A stretch of DNA of 63,775 bases, filler included, from Stramenopiles sp. TOSAG23-3 (lineage: Eukaryota), in the NCBI GenBank assembly GCA_900128585.1. It is 8 parts of 8 records of this genome, joined end to end, with 100 filler letters (N's around TTAATTAATTAA, not from the genome) between each part and the next. Parts side by side here need not be neighbours in the genome. Positions count along the whole stretch, not along the records: positions 35,652 to 44,432 come from LT642984.1; positions 44,533 to 53,290 come from LT642985.1; positions 53,391 to 62,141 come from LT642986.1; 5 more parts are not named here. One strand, given 5' to 3'. Each line of letters opens with the position of its first letter. The first letter of the stretch is position 1. Below are positions 43,318-53,764 of the stretch, one piece after another. Made by a program: the position numbers and the translations under genes. Below the pieces are notes generated by a model that was not told where the DNA came from, did no database searches, and was given only the letters and a program-made list of their open reading frames with translations.

Positions 43318-43896
43318 TCATCCCCGACTGCTCTCTTTCAACCTGTCAATTTCTGCCTGCAATAGTCTAATGTTGTTTTCTTTCTGTATTCTTGATTGAA
43401 AGGACGTGTGAAGGATTTTCTTCAACTCGCACGTCTCTTGGCGCACTAAATCCCGAACTTCTTCCCGGACGCCGTTCGATGCCGACGATCTATACGATGA
43501 AAAGGTAGTGTATGTGCTGCGGTTGGTGCTTGTCCGGTCGTCTCCCCCTCCGGTACTACTTCGATTTGTTGTTCTACTGCGCCTGGTAGGGCATTGCAAA
43601 TGGTTCAACTCTAGTTTGGGTACAGGTTGATCTCCCCGGTCGACCTGGGCGTTCCGTTTAACGTTCTCCCTTACACCCCCATGATTAAAGATCGACCCAT
43701 TCGACGACTGAAAAGGATTCTTCGTCTTGGACCTTCGCCGCTTCGTAAACCCAGGGGGCATTTCTAAAGGGGCATTTTTCATCCGTGATCCACCAGCAGA
43801 GGACGCGTTGCCCTCCGCCCACATATTACATCCGAACCCTTTGAACGAGGAAGAGAAAGGGTCATTTTGCTTCGTTTGATGTTTCTTTCTATTCAT
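43318..43896 (-). CDS. Hypothetical protein, low-complexity with C-terminal coiled coil
   Basis: 192-aa ORF in a GC island, convergent with the Kir-like gene; alternative start at 43824. Confidence 0.6.
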   Translation of the reverse strand: MNRKKHQTKQNDPFSSSFKGFGCNMWAEGNASSAGGSRMKNAPLEMPPGFTKRRRSKTKNPFQSSNGSIFNHGGVRENVKRNAQVDRGDQPVPKLELNHLQCPTRRSRTTNRSSTGGGDDRTSTNRSTYTTFSSYRSSASNGVREEVRDLVRQETCELKKILHTSFQSRIQKENNIRLLQAEIDRLKESSRG

Positions 43897-44266
43897 TTTC
43901 TATAGTTACAAATGAAAACGATGGCGTTCAACCGATTGTGGCAAAAAATATCCCAAGACCCAGCCAATGATAAAAACATTGACCAATTCTTTTTGTATTT
44001 ATCTATATACATTTGTTTCTTTCAACCCGTGTTTTAAAAAAATCCGTTATTATTTATATAAAAAAATAAAATATACTTTATTATTATTATTCTCTTAAAA
44101 CTTCTTTTAATTTGAGATATAGAAGACTGCTGACTAACTACTATGTGTGAATATTGGCATTATTTTTAGAGAGATTGACGTTATTTATTACAGAGTAGTT
44201 GAAAACGACAAAAAAAATATAATAAATACATAAAAATAGCACTGAATTTTGAATTTAAATAAAACA

Positions 44267-44432
44267 CCGAAGAAAGAAGAAGAAAGAAGAAGAAGAAGAA
44301 GAAGAAGAAGAAGAAGAAAAAGAAGAACAAGAAGAACAAGAAGAAGAAGAATAAAGAAGAAGAAGAAGAAGAAGAAGAAGAAGAAGAAGAAGAAGAAGAA
44401 GAAGAAAGAAGAAGAAAGAAGAAGAAGAAGAA
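44267..44432. repeat. (AAG)n microsatellite at a contig end
   Basis: Visible tandem repeat. Confidence 0.95.
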
Positions 44433-44532
44433 NNNNNNNNNNNNNNNNNNNNNNNNNNNNNNNNNNNNNNNNNNNNTTAATTAATTAANNNNNNNNNNNN
44501 NNNNNNNNNNNNNNNNNNNNNNNNNNNNNNNN
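44433..44532. other. Artificial contig linker
   Basis: 44N-TTAATTAATTAA-44N. Confidence 0.98.
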
Positions 44533-44533
44533 G

Positions 44534-45631
44534 GAGGAAGATCCGGTGAAGGAACCGAAAAGCTTTGTGTTTCAACATATCGTTAAGAAAACAAAAGAGT
44601 TCGTTAAGACGAGAGAAGCTCTTTCCAACCTTCACTCCCGCCACAACACTTATGCAGAAAAAATTATGGTTCATCCAGACATCCCGTACATGGCAATCGA
44701 TGATGGTTTGGACAAGCACAAACTTGATGTTTGGGTCCCTATTGGAGCGGGAACGTCGCTGAAGGACTTGCCTATCGTAGTTCACTTTCACGGGGGTGGA
44801 TGGATTCGGGGAGATAGGAAAGATGAGTTCCGTGGCGCTCCTGCGGCTTGCAGACAATATGCAAGCAATGGGATTGTTGCTGTAGCGCCATCGTATCGAT
44901 TAAGGAATCCAGGACATATGGAAGATGCGGTTGCCGCTGTAGAATGGGTATTAAAGCACGCGTCGCTATTTGGCGCTAATTCAAAAGCCCTATTTATCAG
45001 TGGACATTCGGCAGGAGGGAACATTGTGGGAAACCTTGCCGTAGGAACGTGGTTAGATTCTGTGTTATTGAAGTACAATGCCTCCGTCATTGGCGCTATT
45101 TGCATTAGTGGTGTATACTCGCTTCTTAACCCACTTGGTGGGATCGGAGCTGGTATAAAAAATCGCGTGTTTAACGCTGTCTATCGAAAAAATGTTTTCG
45201 GGGACGATTTGGTAATCCTGGCAAGGCACTCACCATGTGCACAGATACGCATGTTGCTTGGAGAAGAGGCCTATCCGAAAAGCGAGTGTAAGGTTTGCAA
45301 ACTCGCACATAAAGTAGTGGACTGGCTGTCTGCAAACGGAGATAAGAGTGATGCCGTTGTAAAAACTAGAAGACTATCTTTGGCAGATGGCCCGTTGCTC
45401 AAACATGTGCTGAAACTTCGGTCTACAGGGTTTATGATTTTGAATGCGGAGGATGACATGGGCCTACGTACGGACGGTAAAAAGTTTGTAGATTTACTGT
45501 CGAAGGCTGGAATCAAAGACGTCACTTACAGCATTCTACCTGGGCGCACGCATGCATCGATTGCACTTGATGATGCATCTTTGGAGAGCGCGTCTGAGTT
45601 TGTTTTGAAAATGTTTCAAAATCGAAAATAG
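44534..45631 (+). CDS. Alpha/beta hydrolase (HSL/GDXG carboxylesterase-like), probably 5'-truncated
   Basis: VVHFHGGGWIRGD, PSYRL, ISGHSAGG (nucleophile), AEDD, GRTHASI; frame open to the contig edge. Confidence 0.88.
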   Translation, partial: EEDPVKEPKSFVFQHIVKKTKEFVKTREALSNLHSRHNTYAEKIMVHPDIPYMAIDDGLDKHKLDVWVPIGAGTSLKDLPIVVHFHGGGWIRGDRKDEFRGAPAACRQYASNGIVAVAPSYRLRNPGHMEDAVAAVEWVLKHASLFGANSKALFISGHSAGGNIVGNLAVGTWLDSVLLKYNASVIGAICISGVYSLLNPLGGIGAGIKNRVFNAVYRKNVFGDDLVILARHSPCAQIRMLLGEEAYPKSECKVCKLAHKVVDWLSANGDKSDAVVKTRRLSLADGPLLKHVLKLRSTGFMILNAEDDMGLRTDGKKFVDLLSKAGIKDVTYSILPGRTHASIALDDASLESASEFVLKMFQNRK

Positions 45632-46502
45632 TTGTTGTGTATGCATTAAGATTCCTTTATTAAACTATATATAGATATTAAGAGTATAATTAGAGTTTAT
45701 CAAGTAACACAATAATCTTGAGAGTCTTTTAAAAACATACTATATCATCAGTTTTTTCAAGTAACACAGAGGATTATTTTTGTCACAATCCCCGGTTTGG
45801 TAAATGTTATCCCTGTTGTTTGTACCACCAAATAGGCGCTCGTGCCTACGCTGTCTTTCTCACTCCATTTCCTTACCTCGTGTCCTTTTGGAGAAAATAG
45901 TGGATTGTTGACAACTTCTATTAAATTATTTTTTTTTCGTTTGTGTTGGCAAGTCGTATATTGTAATATATAATAATTCTCGTAAAAAATGTCGTCGAAA
46001 CCGTGTAGTATGTTGTGTTACTTTTTAAGAAGTATAATAAAATTGTAAAGCATGGAGGAAGCAGTGGCACTGCTATATAATATAACTGGGGCTGTAGGCT
46101 GTGTAGGCTGTAGCTGATATAGCAAATTGGAAAGGAGCGAGAGGAGGGTAAAAGGAGTGTAGTATAGGAAGTAGGAAGTAGAAGGAGGCGGAAATATTGT
46201 TTTCTTATTTGTAGACTACATGTACACGGTACTATCTGTAGGAGTCTCCCCTATCATCATCATCATATCCCATTTTCTTCTAATGAACCCCTGACGAGGC
46301 GACGATTTGTAGTTACAGTTTGACCGAGGGTGCTGCAAAAGCGCAGATTAATGTGATAGGTTTTAAAGGTTCTTGAAGTAGTTGTAGCCGTTTCATGGTT
46401 TAAACGAACATCCTTATGGAAACAGAGCAAACCTAACTTTTAACACGGCTAAAGAAGTTTCACTTGGTGCACGAGCCTCTTCTCTAACCGTCGTTGCAGA
46501 CG

Positions 46503-47675
46503 ATGGTTTTTCAAAATGTCGTAGTCCTCTTTATTGCAATATACGCCCTTGCCATAACGATAACGATGCTGGTGTACCAGTCTGCCCCTTCATGTAACGC
46601 CGTAGAACACACCAGACTCAGATTATGGCCCGATCGGTTAACATTGGAAGAACCATGCAACAGCAGCGATGGCAAAATAGGACTGACGGTTCACTGTTTA
46701 TTGAAAGATGTAGATGGCCCCAAGGGAAAATCGAAGAGCGAGCCTGGTGCTGGTTACAGCGATCCATATTTTTGCAACAGGCAGGGGCGGCGACTTGTCG
46801 ACCAGCCAGGAAAAACATTGGTACACACATTTGCACCACATGTTGCTAAGCGAGCTGACACGAGAAAAGACGTTCTTCTACTGTTGTCGTTCCTGGCAAC
46901 CCAGCCTGCCTCAAGCCAGTTAGTGCTGTGGCACCAGGCTGGGGAGTATCCGAAGTACTTGGATAGCCTTCTTCCAAAACGTTTGTTGGGCGAAATAGAA
47001 ATAAAGTCCTTTTCCGCGAAGGAATTTTGGAAAATTGACATGTCTAGTGAATCTAAACACAGGCTGTTCAAGGAATGGCTATCTGCACATCGTGCAGGAA
47101 AAACCGATATCGCACGCTTTGTAATTTTATATCTGTACGGAGGAATTTGGATAGATACCGACAGTCTCCTTTTGCGCGATTTGGCACCAATTCGAAATAC
47201 GAATTTTATTTATCAGGTATTAAATTATGATGGTACAAATGAGACAGGGTTTTTAAACGGGGCAATTATGGGCACCGAAGGTGCAATGAGCCAGTTTATT
47301 GAGAACATGCTTTTGTACGTGGACCGCCGTCTGGTTATGGACCCCTCTGATAAAAATTATTTTCGCTGGGCGGAATCTATGTTCAAAATTTTGTACCAAC
47401 GCAACAAGGAAAACTATCCTTTATTGCCCGGCTGTCTTGTCGATGGCGGGTGGTTTTTAAAAATGGATGAGCCTAACGCACAACCGGCGGAATGGGGATC
47501 GTTTTTCAGTAAACAGGCAACTGAGTCGGAGTTTATGTATATTGATCCCCGAAGTGCTAAAAGCAATGCCCCGTTCGTGTACCACTGGCACGGGCATTGG
47601 GAAGATAAAATAGTGAATGGGTCAGTGGCAGACAGAGCCGATTTATTGTACAGGGAACTGTTGGGTATTGTATGA
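46503..47675 (+). CDS. Type II membrane glycosyltransferase, GT32/DXD family
   Basis: N-terminal TM anchor; KTDIARFVILYLYGGIWIDTD; FLNGAIM; FVYHWH. Confidence 0.88.
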   Translation: MVFQNVVVLFIAIYALAITITMLVYQSAPSCNAVEHTRLRLWPDRLTLEEPCNSSDGKIGLTVHCLLKDVDGPKGKSKSEPGAGYSDPYFCNRQGRRLVDQPGKTLVHTFAPHVAKRADTRKDVLLLLSFLATQPASSQLVLWHQAGEYPKYLDSLLPKRLLGEIEIKSFSAKEFWKIDMSSESKHRLFKEWLSAHRAGKTDIARFVILYLYGGIWIDTDSLLLRDLAPIRNTNFIYQVLNYDGTNETGFLNGAIMGTEGAMSQFIENMLLYVDRRLVMDPSDKNYFRWAESMFKILYQRNKENYPLLPGCLVDGGWFLKMDEPNAQPAEWGSFFSKQATESEFMYIDPRSAKSNAPFVYHWHGHWEDKIVNGSVADRADLLYRELLGIV

Positions 47676-48161
47676 ACAGGTGCAATTTAAGGGACCCCAA
47701 CGTTTTTTCTTTTTGTTTTCAGGTTCGCTTGTTGTTTGTTGCGCTTTTTAAATCTCATTTCAAAAATGTATATTATAAATCGAATATATAGACTTATTAA
47801 AAGTAATTATTATTGTTTTTTCTTATTATATTTAATATTAATAAGGAGGAGGTACTACATACAGGTAGTAGTGTACATTATATTATTAGACCTATAGAAC
47901 ACCAATCACATTATCACATTATCACACCAACATCAAATGATGATGAATAAAAGGAGAGAAGAAGAAGAGAAGAAGAACAGGGAAGAAGCAAGAGGAGATA
48001 ATAATATTAATACAATAAATAGTAAAAAGTTGCCAAACTTCTATACCTTCTAATTCTTGTTACATATACATGAATAAGTGCTCTCAACAAGTTGCAAAGA
48101 CGAGAATAATGCATAACGGTTGGGGGTATTCAATTCACGGTGCAGATATTAACTAGACGGG

Positions 48162-48509
48162 ATGCTGAAAACGTTGAACCCCAGACGGTTGCAGAGTGCG
48201 CTCCAACCTTGGGCACGGTGCACGTCGCGCATTTTCACCCAACAACGGAGGGTTTTCAGCTCAGGGTCGGACGACGATTGCGAGGACGAGGATGGTGATG
48301 ATGATTTACAGGATGCGCCGTTTCCCCGGATAGGGTGGTCACCCGGCAGTTTCGGGTCCCGTGCGCTACGAAGAAGTAAAGCGAGGTTACCGGGTGAACC
48401 CACAGGGAGAACAAAGCCTAAGAGGGCGGAGGAAGATTATTGGCTGGAAGCATACGAAGCTTACGGTGTTGAGGCGCGGGGGAAATCGGACGGTGATAAG
48501 GAAGAGTGA
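48162..48509 (+). CDS. Small hypothetical protein, probable mitochondrial presequence
   Basis: Arg/Ser/Leu-rich, acid-free N-terminus ending RRVFSS; GC island with an AAG-rich upstream region; convergent with the next gene. Confidence 0.55.
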   Translation: MLKTLNPRRLQSALQPWARCTSRIFTQQRRVFSSGSDDDCEDEDGDDDLQDAPFPRIGWSPGSFGSRALRRSKARLPGEPTGRTKPKRAEEDYWLEAYEAYGVEARGKSDGDKEE

Positions 48510-48632
48510 AAGGTCGCCTGGGGGCACAAACAGGTGCATGCATTTGCTATCTCACTAAGCGCTGTAACCGGTATGCTTTAATTATAATACTATGTATGTA
48601 ATATGTTTTATTGCGAAATTAGGCCCGCGATT

Positions 48633-51600
48633 TTAGTTTTGTTCCTCACCTTCGGGTGCACTTTGGTTGTCATCGCTTGAGGTGTCGTCCGAACCGTCTC
48701 CTTGCTCGTCACTGCCCGCCGATTCATCTGATCCCTCACCTTCGTCAGAACCAGCGTCGGATCCTTCGCCTTGGTCATCGCTACCAGAAGAGTCCTCCTC
48801 GGTTGGTTTATTGTCCTCGCTCTCTTCACTATTGCCCGGCTTATTTCGGCCCATGCCACTACCTTCAGTTACTATATCTTTGCTCCCGCTCGCCCCAGTT
48901 GCAGATGCGCCAGCGCCAACTGCGCCAGCAGCTTGGTCGATCTTGTCTTCCTGGCTTTTCTGCTCTTTCTCTAGTTTTGCTACAGCTTCTTTGGCTTTTT
49001 TCTCAGCTTCTTGCTTCGCTTTCTTTTCTTCCGGAGACATAAGGGCTTCTGCTTCCGCGTTTTCTTCGGCCTCTTTCACGGCTTCTTCCTTCTTTTCTTC
49101 GAATTCTGCATGGGTTTTTTCTTTGGCCGAATCGAGCGCATCTTTGGCAGCGCTTTTCGCGGTCTCTTCTTTGGCCATGGCCTCGCCGCTCATGGATTCC
49201 CTCGTGATAGCAAGGATATCGGCGTTCGCCCCCTTCAACAGTCCTTCCACGGATACTTGCATTTGGTCGGCAAGCATGTGCGCAACGGCTGCAATTGCAG
49301 CGTTGCGTCCTACCCGGGCACCCTCGTCTTCACTAAATTGTTTCGCACCTGCCGCGTACCCCGAGTCCTTTCCAATGGCCTTGGCTTTCTTGAGAATATC
49401 GGCACGTTCGGGTTGGGCAACTTTCTTCATGTCGAAAATTTTTGTGGCGTAGTCACCGGCTGCTGCTTCACCGGCAGATTGGCCGGCTCGTCCAGCCATT
49501 TCGTGTTTCTGGTCCTCCTCTAATACAGCTTGCGGTCTCGATAGCGGGGATGCTGCCAACGCCTCCCTGGTTTTAGTTGCACGGTCGTGATCGTTCATGT
49601 TCTTACCCTCGGTCGTCTTCAGGAGCGGGTCGCGAAGTTCCGCGGGGATGCCGGACGATGGCGAGTTGGCAAGTACCATCGCGGCCGCTTCGTCTCGGGC
49701 AGCGCGGGAGTTCTCCAGGGCGCGTTGGGAATCCAGTACAGCACGTTCCATGTCTTTCATGGACCCAACTTCGATGTCGTTGTTCTTGCGGGACATGTAA
49801 TTGGCGGCACTATCAAGTTTGTTGTCGTTCATGCCTTTCACGGCGTCGGACATGGCACGCGTTTTGTCGGTACTGTTGTGCTTGATCGCGCGAAGAATTT
49901 CTCCGGCATCGTGGTCTTTCTTTAGGGGGGCGTCCAATTGAACGTCGCCTTGCATGTCTTTCACGACGCGTCGCTCGACGTTCTCGGAATCGGCGCCAAC
50001 CAAAACGGTCATGCCGACGCGGAAGCCCTTGGCTTCTGGGTGGTCGATGTCGATCTTCGTGGTGCCAGGCATGAGAAGCTCGTCGATCGTGACGCCACGA
50101 AGGGCAGCGTGGGCTTCTTGGTTCTTCTTCTGCAGCTTTTCCTCTCCGGAGTTGACGACTGGTTGGTCGTTCATTCCCTGCAGGCGGGCTTTCATGCCGC
50201 CATCGACGGTGGCATCGCCTGCTTGCGCTTCATCCTTTTGGGCGGTGTCGAACGAGGCTTTGAGGGTATCGCTGCTATCTTGAAGCGGCACGCACAGAAC
50301 GGTCTGCGGATCGGTGTCCCACTTGCCGTTGGCCATGCACTGGATGACCTTCGGGCCGTCGAGCGAGAAGGTTCGGTGGCACCTGGCCTCCATGCGGTGG
50401 GGGAACTCGAACTTCATGCCGATCCAGTCGCCGTGCTCCAAATCGTCGGGCTTCCCGCACGACGGAGGATGGCACGATGGTTGCTTACCGGACCACGTCC
50501 CGCGGTTCTTCCAGCCCCCTGCACCGTCGCCTTGCTTCCACTTGTCTTGGCGGCCGCCCTGGCAGGTTCTGAACTCACTGCCTTTCAAAACGAACGGCGG
50601 CTGGCACAAAAAGTGAAGGGTGGAGTTCTCGCTGTAGGTTTGTCCCAGGCGGACGGCATGCCTCGGCGTGCCCGGATCCCCGCACAGTGCCGGCGGGTGA
50701 GTGCAGGGGCACGTTGGAACGCAGCCGCACTTTGGGGCCTTCGACTTCTTGGGCTTGAACGCATCCCCGCAGTTCTTCGGGCAGGGGCACCCTGGGTGTG
50801 CCAGGTCGTTGCAGCCGCAGCGGCGTGGCTTCGGCCACAAGTTCGCGGCGTCTCTCGGTTTGACGGCGCAGTGCCCTTTCCCGCAGGCAAGGCAGTGGGA
50901 GCCAATGGTCATGGTGCGCAAGCTTCCCGTCAACCGGTCGACTTCCTTGTTCAGCTCGGCAATGATGATGCGGTTCTTGGTGGTGGCGATCTGGTTGACG
51001 AGGGACGCCAACTTCTTCATGAGCTCCCCGGCGTGGCCTTGCTGGGCGCCCGGCGTGCCGTTGTCGTTGACGGGGACCGGCAAGTTCTTGGCGAGGAAGG
51101 GGTCTTCCGGGACCGGTACCTTGAGCGACTTGGACAGGCGCTTGATCTGGCGGCGCAGGCTGTACGCGTGGCCCTTCAAGCGACCGAACTCGCCGACGCC
51201 CGCAGGGCGGACCTGGGGCGCAGGAGGGGAGTCCTTCACGGGCAACCCCATGACCTTCTTCACAGAGTTGACTTGGCCCTTCAGGGCAGTCAGGTCCTTC
51301 ATGAGCTGCTGCCGGCGCAGCTGGCCCAACTGCTGGGTCAAAAGCTCGACTTCGGACTTCATCGGCTTAGTCCATTCGTTGCCCGGGCATGTCTGGGCGT
51401 GGGAGTCGAGGCAAACTTTCTTCGCCTCGCACCAGCGGTACCCCGCGGTCTTCATGACCCCGATCCCGCAGTGCGACCGCGCCTGGGCGCGCCCTGGGGC
51501 AAGGAGGAGGTGGTCCATCTTGGACTTCTCGATTTTCCTGCCATCCGGCGAGTCGTCCGCGGCGGCGGCGTCGTCGTCGTCCGTCTTGACTCCCATGGCC

Positions 51601-52151
51601 TCCATGCGCTTCTTTTGAAGGGCCAGCTGGGCCTTTTGGTACTGGTTGTCCTGCGCGACCTGGGTGTTGGTCGCGTTGATCAGCTTCTCCAACAGGTCCG
51701 TTGGGGGGCCCTTGTAGATGACCTTTGGCGCTACGGGCGCCGGCGCGGCGACGCCGGTGGCCGAGGCGGTCGAGAGCTGGTGGGTCTTCACCGTACTGTT
51801 GGAGGCACCGAGCTTCGCCAGCTCGGCCTTCCTGGCCTCCTCGCGGATTCTGGTGACTTCTGCGCGCTTGGCCTTCAAGGTCGCCACCGCGGAGGCGGCA
51901 ACGTTGGTGTCGTCGTTCGCTTGGTCCAAGTGGTCCGAGAAGTTGGCCCCTTTCAGTTTGGTGGCCGAGACGGCCGCTTTCACGGCGCTCTCCAACGCCC
52001 CGTTGACGCTGGTCTTTACCGTTTTGCGCGTGTCCTTCAGCTCGCCGAACGCTTCCGCGTCAGCGCCAGTGGCGCCCAGCGGGCTTTCCTTCAGCGCTGA
52101 CGCTGCTACCAGCAACAAAGACACTAATACGATGCTGCTACCTATCTTCAT
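48633..52151 (-). CDS. Secreted multidomain protein: coiled coils, Cys-rich segment, two sushi/CCP domains, acidic Gly-Ser-Asp tail
   Basis: Signal peptide MKIGSSIVLVSLLLVAASA (ATG 52151); CGDPGTP..CQPPFVLKGSEFRTC..WSGKQPSC and CGKPDDLEHG..CHRTFSLDGPKVIQCMANGKWD. Confidence 0.85.
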   Translation of the reverse strand: MKIGSSIVLVSLLLVAASALKESPLGATGADAEAFGELKDTRKTVKTSVNGALESAVKAAVSATKLKGANFSDHLDQANDDTNVAASAVATLKAKRAEVTRIREEARKAELAKLGASNSTVKTHQLSTASATGVAAPAPVAPKVIYKGPPTDLLEKLINATNTQVAQDNQYQKAQLALQKKRMEAMGVKTDDDDAAAADDSPDGRKIEKSKMDHLLLAPGRAQARSHCGIGVMKTAGYRWCEAKKVCLDSHAQTCPGNEWTKPMKSEVELLTQQLGQLRRQQLMKDLTALKGQVNSVKKVMGLPVKDSPPAPQVRPAGVGEFGRLKGHAYSLRRQIKRLSKSLKVPVPEDPFLAKNLPVPVNDNGTPGAQQGHAGELMKKLASLVNQIATTKNRIIIAELNKEVDRLTGSLRTMTIGSHCLACGKGHCAVKPRDAANLWPKPRRCGCNDLAHPGCPCPKNCGDAFKPKKSKAPKCGCVPTCPCTHPPALCGDPGTPRHAVRLGQTYSENSTLHFLCQPPFVLKGSEFRTCQGGRQDKWKQGDGAGGWKNRGTWSGKQPSCHPPSCGKPDDLEHGDWIGMKFEFPHRMEARCHRTFSLDGPKVIQCMANGKWDTDPQTVLCVPLQDSSDTLKASFDTAQKDEAQAGDATVDGGMKARLQGMNDQPVVNSGEEKLQKKNQEAHAALRGVTIDELLMPGTTKIDIDHPEAKGFRVGMTVLVGADSENVERRVVKDMQGDVQLDAPLKKDHDAGEILRAIKHNSTDKTRAMSDAVKGMNDNKLDSAANYMSRKNNDIEVGSMKDMERAVLDSQRALENSRAARDEAAAMVLANSPSSGIPAELRDPLLKTTEGKNMNDHDRATKTREALAASPLSRPQAVLEEDQKHEMAGRAGQSAGEAAAGDYATKIFDMKKVAQPERADILKKAKAIGKDSGYAAGAKQFSEDEGARVGRNAAIAAVAHMLADQMQVSVEGLLKGANADILAITRESMSGEAMAKEETAKSAAKDALDSAKEKTHAEFEEKKEEAVKEAEENAEAEALMSPEEKKAKQEAEKKAKEAVAKLEKEQKSQEDKIDQAAGAVGAGASATGASGSKDIVTEGSGMGRNKPGNSEESEDNKPTEEDSSGSDDQGEGSDAGSDEGEGSDESAGSDEQGDGSDDTSSDDNQSAPEGEEQN

Positions 52152-52954
52152 TTTCCACTCTAAATACTTCCGTAAACAACAAAACGTAACAGAAGAACTA
52201 TTACTGAATGAAACAAACACGATTCACACTCTGGTTGTCTTATTCAACCCGCTAACTTTCCAATCTGTTCCTTTTCAGTCTACCTAATTGCATCTACTCA
52301 CATCTATCTCCATATCCACATCCAATACACATACAACACAAATTCCTATTCCTTTTAATTCCATTTGTAACTCACTTTTTTTCAACCTAACCACCTTGTT
52401 TGTTGTTTTCTTTTTCTTTTCCTTTCTTTCTTTTTTTGGTGTGATTGTAAGTACAAGTAATATTATATTAAATAATACCCTATCCTATTTATAGATAAGT
52501 ATCTATTTTATTTAGTTTAACAATCCTAACCATAATTCCTATTAAATTAAACGTATTGTTTGTAATCTAATATTTCCCCCTTCCCTCCCTCCCCTTTCCT
52601 TTCCTATCTCTTTCTAACGAAGGCTTTCCTCATTTTGTTTAGTATACTTTAATTGTACTAATTTTAAATAGGATATAAAAGAAAAGGGATTTGTTGTACT
52701 TTTTGTTTAATATTGTATTTAATTAAATGCCTATGTTTATTTTGATTTATATTTTTTAGTTTTTAGTTTTGTGTATACTATATTTTATATAAGTATTATT
52801 ATTATATAATACATAGGTTATATTAAAGTAAGGTTATAAGACCAAGGTCCCCCCCCTTTTTTTCTTCTGAGATTTTATCATTTCAGGAAGGTTCTACTCC
52901 TCGTTTAGAAGAAAAAATAGAAGAAACAAAACTAGGATTTCATTCAAGAAGAAA

Positions 52955-53290
52955 TGAAAGAGAAGAAAAGAAAAGAAGAAAAGAGAAGAAAAGAAAAGAA
53001 GAAAAGAGAAGAAAAGAAAAGAAGAAAAGAGAGAGATAACATATAGGTAATATATTACCTATTCTAATACAATATATAAGTATACTCTACCAACCGTTTC
53101 CTTTCCTTCCTTCCTTTCCTTCTTACTATCCTTCTTTTTTCGTTCGTTCCTTCTTTTTTCGTTCGTTCCTTCCTTCCTTCCTTCGTCCCTTCGTTCCTTC
53201 GTTCCTTCGTTCCTTCGTTCGTTCCTTCCTTCCTTCCTTCCTTCCTTCCTTCCTTCCTTCCTTCCTTCCTTCCTTCCTTCCTTCCTTCCT
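52955..53290. repeat. Purine tract (AAGAAAAG-type) followed by a (TTCG/TTCC)n tract at a contig end
   Basis: Visible tandem repeats. Confidence 0.92.
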
Positions 53291-53390
53291 NNNNNNNNNN
53301 NNNNNNNNNNNNNNNNNNNNNNNNNNNNNNNNNNTTAATTAATTAANNNNNNNNNNNNNNNNNNNNNNNNNNNNNNNNNNNNNNNNNNNN
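53291..53390. other. Artificial contig linker
   Basis: 44N-TTAATTAATTAA-44N. Confidence 0.98.
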
Positions 53391-53520
53391 TTCTTTGAGA
53401 AAGACAAACGGGACATGGGCGGGGTTGCACAAAACACTTAAGAATTACGTGAACCACTCTGTCAATTACGAAGTATAAAATTCCCGATTAAGCCCAAGAA
53501 CTATTTTAAGTGCGTGTATG

Positions 53521-53726
53521 AATACTGTATATCATTAGTTTTTTTTTTTTTTGAAAAAAACAAATTATTTATGATAGTATTATGTTTTAAGACTCTCATT
53601 TTTTTAAATCAAATACTACTTCAAATCCAACCCTAATCCTATCTTGATGTTTTAATTTGATTTTTTAATTTCTTAATTTCGTTTCGTCGTTGATGGTTGT
53701 CAATCATCATCACAGAGGAATTATTT
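53521..53726. repeat. Family A repeat copy
   Basis: 53554-53726 aligns with 26891-27036 (GACTCTCATTT, CCAACCCTAATCCTATCTTGATG, GAGGAATTATTT). Confidence 0.9.
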
Positions 53727-53764
53727 GAATACATACGAATACCTAAAAATCTACTGGGTAAGAA

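Noticed and set aside
49938-52100. 720-aa plus-strand ORF antisense to the sushi gene
   Set aside because: Shadow ORF produced by strong GC3 codon bias; no domain content. The same applies to 7205..8290, 2113..2874 and similar antisense ORFs.
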